NCBI RefSeq assembly: GCF_006345805.1
Contig: NC_043009.1
Location: forward strand, 7,192,001-7,256,000
DNA: 64,000 nucleotides
From: Octopus sinensis
Taxonomy: Eukaryota
Direction: 5' to 3'
Numbering within the stretch: the first letter of the stretch is position 1; the number at the start of each line of letters is the position of its first letter. This document shows positions 26,447 to 37,180 of the stretch, in pieces. The position numbers and the translations under genes were made by a program. Below the pieces are notes generated by a model. It had not been told where the DNA came from, did not search any database, and saw only the letters and a list, made by a program, of their open reading frames with translations.

Positions 26447-26532
26447 AATTATAATTAAAGGTATCTACAAGATACCACCAAGACTGCTATAACTTGCATG
26501 GTGGGATCTTTTAGATACCCTTAATTATAATT
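26447..26532. other. 86-bp hairpin (34-bp arms, 18-nt loop)
   Basis: aattataattaaaggtatctacaagataccacca versus the reverse complement of tggtgggatcttttagatacccttaattataatt: 31/34 match. Confidence 0.9.
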
Positions 26533-27654
26533 GCTATATATGTCTATATACATGCATACATACGTGCATATATGTAACTTTCAAATGATATATACCCACA
26601 CATATATTCATATACATACATAAGTGTGCCTATATGAGTATATGAGTGCCTGTGCGTGTGAGAATAGAGAGACAGAATGATAAGGAGGGAAACTAAGTGA
26701 AAGATGTAGAGAGGGAAGTGAAATGTAAAAGCGAGAGAGAGAGGCAGGGAAAGGAAGAGAGAGGAAGATAGAGAGAGCGTGTATAATAGTAATCAGTCTA
26801 TGTTGGCTAAACGAGTGTGTTTGACAGTAATTATATAAAAATAACGAAGCCATTGTGTACAGTTAATCCAACATATTGTCGTCGTACTTCGGTTCCCGGG
26901 CCTGCTATGAAACCGTCTCATGCAAAGGGTAGGGGGAACTTTAGCAACGTACAATACTCCCATTAAAAGAAAATATGGTGGAAATTGAATCATTGAGATT
27001 TTACTTCATCGCAGTGTGATGATGATTCGTCACACCATAATTTCTTCACTATTACGCGAAATCTATTGGTATGTTTGAATTTGACATTCTCATTTTCTCC
27101 GTTTCTACTGGTTACAAATCAACATCACGGGTGGTACGATTGGAATAGAAAGTGTTGCCAGGTGGTGCTGATTGCATTTTATTGAAACGACTTGCTTGTA
27201 GGTTCCCAGAAGTTGCTAGCATGCTGCGAATTTTGTTGAAGTGTAATTTCTCCACTCACTACATCATTTGTGGTTTCTAAATGAGACTTAGACTAATGCA
27301 TGCCGTTTTTAGTTCGTTTGCTACCGTTGTTTATTATTTATTTATTTATTTATGTATTTATTTATTTATTCATTTGATGTAGTTCGGTGTGGGTGGTTCG
27401 TGAGGAACATATTTTTTGAGCCTTACCACTGCAGTCCTTGAAATGTAAACATTTTTAGTTGCCAGGTGGTTCAAAGAATTAGAAGCATTGACTAAATAGC
27501 ATTAAGACCATTTCAGTAAAATTAATTTCATCAAGTACTAGGGTTTAATGGATTTCATTTTTATCAAAGCATCACTGATTTAAACCCCCCTAACAAAATC
27601 GATGAATGTTCTGGCAGCAAAATATATTATGTTGTTTCGTTAATAACATTCCGA

Positions 27655-27658
27655 TTAC

Positions 27659-27713
<55 letters not shown>

Positions 27714-27730
27714 AATCATTATTATTATCA

Positions 27731-27763
<33 letters not shown>

Positions 27764-27819
27764 TATTATATTATTATTATTATTATTATTATATTATTAT
27801 TATTATATTATTATTATTA

Positions 27820-27853
<34 letters not shown>

Positions 27854-27927
27854 AATCATTATTATTATCATCATCATTATTATTATTATTATTATTATAT
27901 TTATTATTATGATTATTATTATTATTA

Positions 27928-27969
<42 letters not shown>

Positions 27970-27995
27970 CATTGTTGCTGTTGTTGTTGTTATTT
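27655..27995. repeat. (ATT)n tract with a 140-bp higher-order duplication
   Basis: The interruption ataaatcattattattatcatcatt recurs at 27711 and 27851. Confidence 0.92.
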
Positions 27996-28606
27996 TGCAT
28001 TTGTAGTAGTTTCATGCGAGGTTTTTCAATGCACCGCCAGGTGCAGCTCTCTGTTCCCAAAGTGTGTGTAGCATTGTCATTTAAAGAAATAGAGAGTCCA
28101 ATACGATGCGTCTCATTTGCAGTATTATAAAATTTCTTCGTTTTTTGGGAGTACTTTTTTTTCTTTTGTTAAATTTGTACATTTTGCTGGTGAAATATTT
28201 CTACATTCTGTGTTATGTTCCATTTTTTATGATATAATACCTGGGAGAGAGAATTTTATTCAATACTTTATTTATCAGTTACTTTATAAGACTGAATGTG
28301 TATGGAATAGAAGGCGCAGTTTACGTAGCGTGAATATTATTTGAATTCTGTATCAAGTTACCAACTCCGTTCTTATTGTTTTCTCTTTTTTTTTTAAAAA
28401 AAAAGGATTTTTCTTCCTATTTCATTACCGTGAATATCACTTATTTGTCTTATAGTTCAATTTAGAAATAACAAGAGCTAGGACTTAAATTAAAGAGGTC
28501 TACACACACAGGCACACATATATATATGTATGCATCTATATAAATAAATATGTGTGTGTATATGCTAATATCGAACAGTGTGAATGAGTGCTCAACTCCA
28601 CACACA

Positions 28607-28650
<44 letters not shown>

Positions 28651-28780
28651 TATATATTATATATATATATATTATATATATATATATACACATGTATATA
28701 TATATATATATATATAGATAGATAGATGCATATATATAAGTGCACATATATATGCATATCTATGTGCATATATATATATA

Positions 28781-29002
28781 GTTAATCCAAACATGAAAAC
28801 ACAAACAAAGAGAAAACACAACACACAACAATGCGAGGACGTGGAACAAGTATAGTGTTATTGGACGCTCAGGAAAGGAAAGAAAGAAGGAGGATTTAAC
28901 GTTTCGAGCGGAGCGCTTCGTCTGAAACATAGAAAAGGGAAAGATGCATGGAATGGGAGACGGGGAAAAAATATCGCCCACGACACACACGCGGTCACAT
29001 AT
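28781..29002 (-). mobile_element. Penelope-like pLTR repeat with hammerhead motif (core U4 mutated)
   Basis: Reverse complement: atgttt-CAGACGA-a-gcgc-tcc-gctc-GAAA-CGTT-aaat. Abuts (TA)n. Confidence 0.75.
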
Positions 29003-29499
29003 TGCTTCTTGTTGCTGAGGACACTAGTCAGCACATGTATTGCGAGAAATAAGAGTTAAAACAACTCATAGCCACAAGAAGCACCTTATCGTAATGACTA
29101 ACAACAGAGGCAACCTACTTCAGCTCCGAAGCTTAGCCAGATCGCAATGATTTTACATTTACTCCTACCTGGTGCGTTGCGTTAAACTCAACTCGCCTTG
29201 TCAACTTATATAATTATCGTAGATATCATCCGCTGATTTCCTAAACGGTAAAAGTGAAAATTATATATAATGAGGGTGACTTGCTCGCAATTTTATAAGC
29301 TAAAGGCAGAAATATATGCGTCACTAATGTGACTGAGGTTGTCAGCATTCAGTGTTGCTAGAAATAAGAGTTAAAACAATTGATAGCCACAAGAAGCACC
29401 TTAGCTTAATGACTGACAAGTAAAAATTGTAAAGAAAAAGATATCTTGTTCGCATTAACATAAATGCGAAATCACTGTGATTTGGTTATGCCTAGTCGC

Positions 29500-29676
29500 T
29501 AAGGGCACTTAGCGGCATTTCGTTCATCGTCATGTGCTGAGTTTAAATTCCGTCGAGGTCCACTTTGCCTGGTATCTTTCGGGATCGATAAATTAAGTAC
29601 CAGTCAAGCATTTGAGTCGATGTAATCGACTTAACCCCAGAAAAAAATCTCAAGCTTTGTACCTATGGAAGAAAGT

Positions 29677-29732
<56 letters not shown>

Positions 29733-29735
29733 TAA
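29500..29735 (+). mobile_element. SINE-A (short tail) with (AAT)n tail
   Basis: gtttaaattccgtcgaggtccactttgcc...tcgataaattaagtaccag...gaaagtattaataataat. Confidence 0.75.
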
Positions 29736-29749
29736 CAATATAAATAATG

Positions 29750-29903
29750 AATACAGGTAGAACTCATTTTTGCCAGCTGAGTGGACTGGAGCAATGTGAA
29801 ATAAAGTGTGTTGCTTAAGGACACAACGCGTTGCCGGGAATCGAATTCACGACCTTACAATCGTGAGCCGAATGCCCCTAACCACTAAGCCACGCGCTTT
29901 CAC
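29750..29903 (-). mobile_element. SINE-C 5' part
   Basis: Same head and core as 22430-22751. Confidence 0.85.
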
Positions 29904-29979
29904 TATACCAAAATATAAAACCATTATAAATTGCAGCCTGGCTAAAACGTTAGCATGCTGGGCAATATACTTCGTCCGG

Positions 29980-30290
29980 CTTTACAATCTCAGCTGAAAC
30001 TTCCACCGAGGTCTATTGTGCCTTTCATCGTATCGGGGTCGATAAAATAAAAGCCGATTGCGCACTGTGATCGAGGCAATCGATTTACACCACCACAACC
30101 AGCTTCGCTTAAAGTAGCTACCCTTGTGCCAAATTGTGAAGCCATTATTAATATTCTTTTCTACTCTATCCTCAAGGCTCAAAATTTTGGAAGAGTGAGC
30201 CAGTCGATTAGATAGACCTCAATACGCAACTGGTATTTAATTTATCGATTCCGAAAGGATGAAAGGCAAAGGCGCCCTCAGCGAAATAAA
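29980..30290 (-). mobile_element. Two diverged SINE-A pieces (opposite orientations possible)
   Basis: ttccaccgaggtctattgtgcctttcatcgtatcggggtcgataa and aatttatcgattccgaaaggatgaaaggcaaa. Confidence 0.6.
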
Positions 30291-30439
30291 CCATGATTAA
30301 TATTAATGTATAAAAGAGAGCGTTTTAGGGAAGACATTATATTCTGGCTCTTTCCAGTCTAAGTTCCAATTCTGCCCATGTCAGCTTCATAAAGTATCAT
30401 CCAAGTACTTGTGTCAGTTGAATCGACTTACTCCCTCTG

Positions 30440-30815
30440 CTTTATGCACTGTGGTAAGAAATTTGCTTCCCAAGTTCATGGCTCTGAGTTCAATCTTCCA
30501 GTGTCACACTTTTGAACATATAACTTCTACTATAGTCTCAGGATGACAAAGCCTTTGGTCACGATGGCCAAAGCTTTACTAGACGGACATGTGTGTATGT
30601 GTGTGCGTGCGAGCTTATCCTCCATCACTGCTTGACCGCTGTTTCTGTGTTTATGTCTCTGTAACTTAGCGATTCGGCAGACTAATCGATCAAATAAATA
30701 TCAAGCTTAAGAAACTAATTAGTATCGCGGTCGATCTATTCGATTGAAAATTCTTGAAGGCGGTGCCCGAGCATGGCTGAAGTCTAATAATTGAAACAAG
30801 TAAAAGCTGAAAGGT
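30440..30815 (+). mobile_element. Diverged SINE-B
   Basis: gtggtaagaaatttgcttccc...taacttagcgattcggc...ggcggtgcccgagcatggc...gaaacaagtaaaag. Confidence 0.75.
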
Positions 30816-31774
30816 TTACGAAGCAAGTATGGTTGCCATTATATGATATACGCCGTTGCTGTAGCAGCATATTCTCCGAGAGAAAAATAAAAACTAACGT
30901 CATTTAGAAGAATTTCTTTTAGTTTACAAAGAAATTTTGTAAATTATTGATTATGTTTTTTTACCAATAGCAACTCCAGTTACTACCACATTTAAAAACC
31001 TTGATTTTTATCTACAATTCGAATTATTTTCCTCTAAATTTCCATCACCCAACCTCCACCTCTTCCATCAATATTGATGTTTTTCTTGATGCTGTTGTTG
31101 TCTTGCTTTGCTTGTGACTGCTGCTGCAGTTGCTGTCGGTGTTATAACTGACAATTGTTGTTCCAATCCAGAGAACAATTTGTCTGATAAATGCTTGTTA
31201 ACGTTTTCTTGTCTAAAAATAAAAAAGTTTAACTGTCTGGGCAATTACCATTCGCATTGCTGATTTGCTTTTTTTCTTTTGCACAGTCTCTGTTTCTAAT
31301 TATTATATTTGCTTGCATACCTTCAGACATTTTCCTTTGATTAACATACTTGTTTTTTTTTTATTTTGTTTTGTTTGCTGAGTTTTTTTGGGTTTTTTTT
31401 TTCACTCACACATCTCTCTCTGCTTTTGCAATCAATACGAACAGGTACATCTTTCTGTTATCACAAAGTCTAATTCTTGTTTGAAGAGGAATTCTCAGGA
31501 ATATGCAAAAAGAATATTCCTTAGGATACTATACGAATCAGATTACCGATGATTACTCAGCAATTTTAGTCTGTTTACATACGCTGTTCAAAATTCCAGT
31601 TTTCCTTCTACACGTCCCCATTACTTAGTGGTGCAGCAAAAGAAACCGAGAGTACGAACTTTAAAAATAAGAACTGAAGTGAAGTGGATTTGTTCGACTC
31701 TACAAGGCAGTGGCCTAGCAAGACCGCCATCCAATGAGTGAAGTAAAGGATAAAATATAAAACAATGTTTGTGT

Positions 31775-32112
31775 GTAACCCCCTTCGGTCATGACACTGA
31801 CCATGGGATTGCACCTAGAAAGTTACCCTCCTATGCACAAGTACGTGCAAGGTTGTTTATGGTAGACCAGCAGTCGCCCATGCATACCGGTCTCCCCTCT
31901 CCACGCCACCAGTATTATCCAAGGGAAAGGCAAAGGCTTATACGGCTTGGCACCTGTGACGTCGCAACTCATTTCTACAGCTGAGTGAACTGGAGCAACG
32001 TGAAATAAAGTGTCTTGCTCAAGAACACAACAGGCAGCCCGGTCCGGGATTCGAGCTCACAACCTCACGATCGTAAGCTCGACGCTCTAACCACTGAGCC
32101 ATGCGCCTTCAC
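31775..32112 (-). mobile_element. SINE-C with a third tail type
   Basis: Well-preserved head and core. Tail tgcgacgtcacaggtgccaagc...taactttctaggtgcaatcccatggtcagtgtcatgaccgaagggg. Confidence 0.88.
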
Positions 32113-32149
32113 TTATTTTAAAATCTATGTTTATTTTAAAACCTATGCA

Positions 32150-32900
32150 ACACTAATTGCCTTTGTTCTTAAGCATAAGTCATCTTATCAAAAAATCTCT
32201 GAAATTTTGAGATCCTTCAAATATTCTTTTAATACAATCGCGTACAACGAATACTTTATACCAACACAATATATTATCTGCGGTTTTCATTTCCCTTTCG
32301 TAACCTGTATTGATCTGACATTTGTTCAATCCTTCACAATTTCGTCCAGGTTCGCAATTTATCCCGGAATGTCGTTACTGAAGAAAGTCTCAGAGAATCC
32401 CAATTGCAGGTTTTGTCATGTAACACTTCTCCATTTATATATCTATAAATATTTTATCAAATAACCATTAATCTCTTGGTTTAATGCTCCCTTCTCTGGT
32501 TCCTTTAAATATCCGTAGCTACGCGATTATGTCTTGCCAGCAGTTAGTCCTGCTCCTACGCCATCAAACTTCATAGTTCTACTGCAAAGTGAATTATCTA
32601 CAATGTTTGGGAACGAAAACCAATTTCCCACAATGCATCCCTTTTCCACCCTGTTGTAATTCATTCATCTTCTTTCTTACACGGCATCTCAAACTTTGTT
32701 TTCTTAAACACAACCATACATATATACACAATCTTCTCTCACCCTCAATTTTTTTCACGCATCGAGACATGTTAATTACATCAGCTGTCACTAAAACTAC
32801 TCTATTATATCAGTTATTGACATCTTTTTTTTCCGATCGTATAAGTCGCGGTAATTTTCATAAAAATCTAAGTCTTCATACTTCTGTATTAAATTATAGT
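32150..32900 (-). pseudogene. Possible very old R4-like RLE LINE fragment
   Basis: Scattered degenerate motifs across frames: KIEGERRLCIYV, GKGMH, LARHNRVA, DIPG, LKEYLKDLKISEI. Many stops. Confidence 0.4.
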
Positions 32901-33049
32901 GAAGTTATGAAATACAGAATAGAACAGAAATAAATTACTTGTGGTGTTCTGTTATGGAATTCATCGAAATCCGAAGCAGCATAATTTCCTTAATATGTGT
33001 GGGCTTGGGCCAATACTAGAAATCGCTATCACCGTTTAATCCTTTCTCA

Positions 33050-33094
33050 TTTCTGTTGTTATTATTATTGTTGTTGTTATTGTTATTATTATTA

Positions 33095-33155
<61 letters not shown>
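33050..33155. repeat. (ATT)n tract at the 3' end of an R4/Dong-like element
   Basis: Directly visible. Confidence 0.95.
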
Positions 33156-34510
33156 TGTTGAAAACTCTCAGCGTATCTTGCTGGGTATAATGGAAAGTTT
33201 TATCAGCCCACAGCCAACAGACGAAAGTAACAGTGGTTTACTGATCATCCTGCAAGGACCCTATGGAGAACTCTTACAGTTCCAAGCAATAATGATTTTT
33301 TTTGTATGTGTTCTATATTTATATTTGTACCGATCTTTTTGAGCCATGTTGGTAGTTGAGAGCTTATACTTCCAAGTGCACCAATTACTATTGATATCAC
33401 GTCCACTTACTTCAATGCCACTAACCTGCGTATTTTTCACTTCAATTCATCATATCTGTTCATTTATTCTTCTTGTTTCTTTTCGATCTTGTTGTCACCG
33501 GGACATGCTATGTCGTTCATCATCCGAGTTTTTTTCTTTTCTTTTCGTTCACCACAACAATGCCGGGTTTCCGATGACTGATTTGATAGTCAAACTGAAT
33601 CATTGCATCCCACAAGATGTTGTAATCTTCATTCTCAGTAACGTCATCTAAGAGTTGGTCATACCACGTTTTAGATCTTTCTAGGTCATAATCTCCACAC
33701 AGATCCCAACTGGTCTTTCTTCCTGCATTGTCATATTGTCTTTTTTATTGGCATTGTGCCAATTTCGGGTATTCACAATTAAACGTGCCTCACCGTTTCA
33801 CCACTCTCATTACACATCCTGCATTTATCACTCACAGTTCTGATGTCAATACTGCACTTCACGTAGTTCGTCTTCAATGCTTCTTTTACCCTTTAATTCT
33901 GATAGGGTTAACAAACATGAACATGGCACTCCGTCGGCTACAACGACAAGGCTTTCAGTTCATCTGATCAACGGAACAGCCTGCTTGTGAAATTAACGTG
34001 CAGGTTGCCGAGCGCTCTACAGACACGCTTACCTTTAACGTAATTATCAGGGTGATTCAGTGTAACACAGGATATGACAGGGCTGGATCTTTCAGATATG
34101 TTTCTTCATGTACCACGCACATCCGTCTTTTTGCTTCTATCTTCAGGTCACTTCTCTGCATCCATAACCACCGGTCTTCTTTATCTGTCTTGACGTTCAT
34201 ATCTCTTGCAAACTAACTCTATATTTCCCTTCTCATGATATTTTTCTCGTACTTCTTCATCTTTAAGTTTTTATTTCTTTACACAATTATCAATTTTCAC
34301 GATGCCTTATTTCTTCACGTGTTTCAGAAATGGTTACCCGCCATTGTTTGTGTCCTATTCTTACCTGTTCTTATCTGCTCTAACACAATCCTGACAACTT
34401 ATCGAACCTCTCTCACACTTTCTTCTAGACAAATACACCCTATCAATGATAAGCTTAGGATGGAATGTCCCATGTTAATATTTCCGTATCTTCCATTGTC
34501 ATCAGTTCAT
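33155..34510 (-). mobile_element. 5'-truncated R4/Dong-like RLE LINE (family 2), interrupted by a SINE
   Basis: GTFHPKLIIDRVYLSRRK.ERG..SCQDCVR; WLWMQRSDLKIE; EEALKTNYVKCSID...DKCRMCNESGETVRHV (CCHC-type); ILWDAMIQFD...HRKP.IVV; DIACPGDNKI; VIGALGSI; LLGTVRVLHRVL. The 3' end abuts (TAA)n. Confidence 0.88.
33887..34097 (-). mobile_element. 5'-truncated SINE-C (long tail with 3' extension) nested in the R4-like element
   Basis: Flanks atgcttcttt / atgtttcttc. Removing it restores the HEEALKTNY reading. Confidence 0.82.
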
Positions 34511-34514
34511 CATT

Positions 34515-34955
34515 AAGACGGTGAGCTGGCAAAATGGTTCGCACGGCGGAGAAAATGCTTTGCAGCATTTCGCCTGTCTATAGTTCTGAGTTCAACTTCT
34601 GCCGAGATCGACTTTGCCTTTCACCCTTTCGGGATTGGTAAAATATGTACCCCTTGAGCTCTCGGATCGATGTATTTGACTATGTCCATTTCCCCCAAAT
34701 TACTGGCCTTTTGCCAGAATTGAAGCCATCATTATTGTTGCTAAGGTAGCGAGGTAGCAGAATCTTTGGCACGCTGGGCAAAATGCTCAGTGGCATTTCG
34801 TACGTCTTTACGTTCTGAGTTCAAATTCTACCAAGGTCGACTTTACTTTTTATCCTTTCGGAATCGATTACATAAATACCAGTCGCGTACCGATGCCGGG
34901 ATAATAGACGAACAATCCCACCTCCCCACAAAATTGCCAGCATTGCGTCTATAGC
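34515..34955 (+). mobile_element. Two adjacent full-length SINE-A (short tail)
   Basis: Heads ggtgagctggcaaaatgg (about 34520) and agcgaggtagcagaatc (about 34747), each with a gtcgac-type body. Confidence 0.8.
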
Positions 34956-35924
34956 AGAAAGAATTATTAATATCATTATTACTCTCATCACTACTATAAT
35001 CACAAACACAATTTTTTTTTTCTTGAATCAAATATAACAAAAATGGATGAAACATTTTATTATCCTACTGTACTTGAAAACCTCGCATTGCAACCAGTTT
35101 TATGTACATTAAACATCTATTTTTACTTCTATATCAGTGATTCGAAACATTGCATCGTATCAAATATTTTAAAATTATTTCTTACGGCCATTACCTAGCA
35201 GCATAAATTCCACGAATATTCCATATCTACTGTGCGGCGTGTAACTGTATTACAACTTGTATTGTAACCGCTAGACATTAGTAGTTGGCAATGCACAATA
35301 AGATATCCTATCTTCGTGTTGAACTAGCATATTTTACTGAGTGACGGTGCTTCGGAACAGATAGCATCTTCTTGCTCGTATGAACTCTATGGCTCTACTG
35401 CAATTATCGCTGCACAGCGGAAAGTGCGTGGTAGTAGTTTGTACACCAAATCAGAAATTGTCGATATGAAACAGAAATGTTTATCGATAATCGATTCCAT
35501 AAGCTTATTTTAAGAACGGGAGATATTGAGAAATGTAGAAGGAGGATAAATAAATGCATTAAGATAAATTTCAGGTTAGAAGAGAAGGTGCAATATAATA
35601 AATTGATCGATTAATGCTATAATGGCAGTATTATCAAGAGGTTTGGCTGTGTTCATAAAATATGCTAATAATATTTCGGTCGAGGGCCGCAGCTGTCAAA
35701 TGCAATCAGCGGGTCTTATGTCGTCCAAGGGGTCCCCAGTTTGCATCCAGCTATTAGCATTGAAATATAGCCGAACCTTCATGTTAATGACACACTACAA
35801 CCCGCCGTAAAAATTAGTTTTGATGCAAGTTGATGGATCGTTATTACAGCAGTCATGTGGATTATTAAAAGCAAGTATTTATTGATGTTGCGTAGAAAGC
35901 GTGAAAGACAACGAAGAAGACCCT

Positions 35925-35958
35925 TCATAATATCCCAGACTAGTTTGGGATATTATGA
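35925..35958. other. 34-bp near-perfect palindrome
   Basis: tcataatatcccagactagtttgggatattatga, one mismatch. Confidence 0.92.
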
Positions 35959-36289
35959 CTGATTTTTTAAAATGAATTTTGATTAGTTGTAGTAATCTAT
36001 GCATAATTACACCATAACAAGAAGCTAACTGTACATATAGTCTGTTTAAAACGGCATTTCAATAGGTGAATGTGTCCACATGTGAGTTTTCGTTCAGCTA
36101 ATATCTACAATGATAACAAGATTTGACAGAAATTAGTAATTCTAAGTAATAAATGCCTTAACAATCATTTTCCTATATTACGGGGAAGATTTAGTCAATG
36201 AGTATATCAAACAGTAAATTCACTCTGCAAGTTTACTTTCGCAAGACCATATCTACTAACATTCCACTTTCAAATTCTGCCGTGGTTAA

Positions 36290-36425
36290 CACCGCCTTTA
36301 ATTTTGATAGGGTTAACAAATATGAACATGGCACTCAGTCGGCTACGACGACAAGGCTTTCAGTTCATCGGATCAAAGGAACAGCCTGCTCCAGAAATTA
36401 ACGTGCAGGTTGCCGAGCGCTATCT
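36290..36425 (-). mobile_element. SINE-C 3' fragment with the same 3' extension as 33887
   Basis: ctttaattttgatagggttaacaaatatgaacatggcactcagtcggctacgacgacaaggc... Confidence 0.75.
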
Positions 36426-36599
36426 ATCCTTTTTCACATGTTGCCAACTTTCAGTATATATAGATTTGTTAGCGCGAAAATTATTACCTGGTAAGGCAAT
36501 ATTACATTTTCTAGGGAGGTGGTACTAATTCTATACATAGCGACATCCTAATCTCCATGTTAAGGCCAACCGAATCATGCGTTGCCAATACACTCTAGA

Positions 36600-36900
36600 T
36601 TGGAGTCTCGACTCCCTGCTCCTTAGAGTTTATTGATCATGGGTCACCTCAAACGGTACTCTAATGACTTACTTATCCATCCACTTCTTGCCAGTTAGAT
36701 TATGTCAACACCCCATAGGTTTCAGTCTCTACACGTCTAATTTCTTCAATCCGAGACTGTCATCCCTTTGGAATTCTTTGCTTATAACTGCTTTCTCTTC
36801 AACAAAATAATCCCAGCTACTCAAACAGAATAATCAGCCCCTTCGACCTCATAAATTTTAGAAGAACGCCACAATCCTTAGCTGAACTGTTTCCATCAAA
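36600..36900 (+). pseudogene. Degenerate CR1/Jockey-group LINE 3' fragment
   Basis: NFFNPRLSSLWNSLLITAFSST...QLLKQN resembles the FF.R...LWNSLP...F....Q.FK.. terminus. Confidence 0.5.
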
Positions 36901-36966
36901 TCGAGAATTAAAATTTATACGAAAAGAACATTAACATTATGTCTACTGTTTCTTTTAGTAAATTGA

Positions 36967-37180
36967 CCCTTTAGCATTCGGATTACGCCTTAAATTGTAA
37001 TGTTTTTTTATTCAATTGTTTTGAATTATCCATACATTGTCTTACAACTCTGATATTTTAATCCTGTGATTGTTTATTTTTAGAATGACATTGTAGGTTT
37101 GTAGTGAAAGGTCGGATCTGGCCAGATTGAACACAAAGCAGAATATTTGGGTCGGATATACCTCTTTAAATGCTAATGGG
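36967..37180. mobile_element. piggyBac-like MITE
   Basis: TIRs ccctttagcatt / aatgctaatggg; flanks ttga / taaa are a degenerate TTAA. Confidence 0.68.

Noticed and set aside
27440-27500. Peptide-like VARWFKELEALTK* after an AG
   Set aside because: Too short, ends in a stop, no supporting context.
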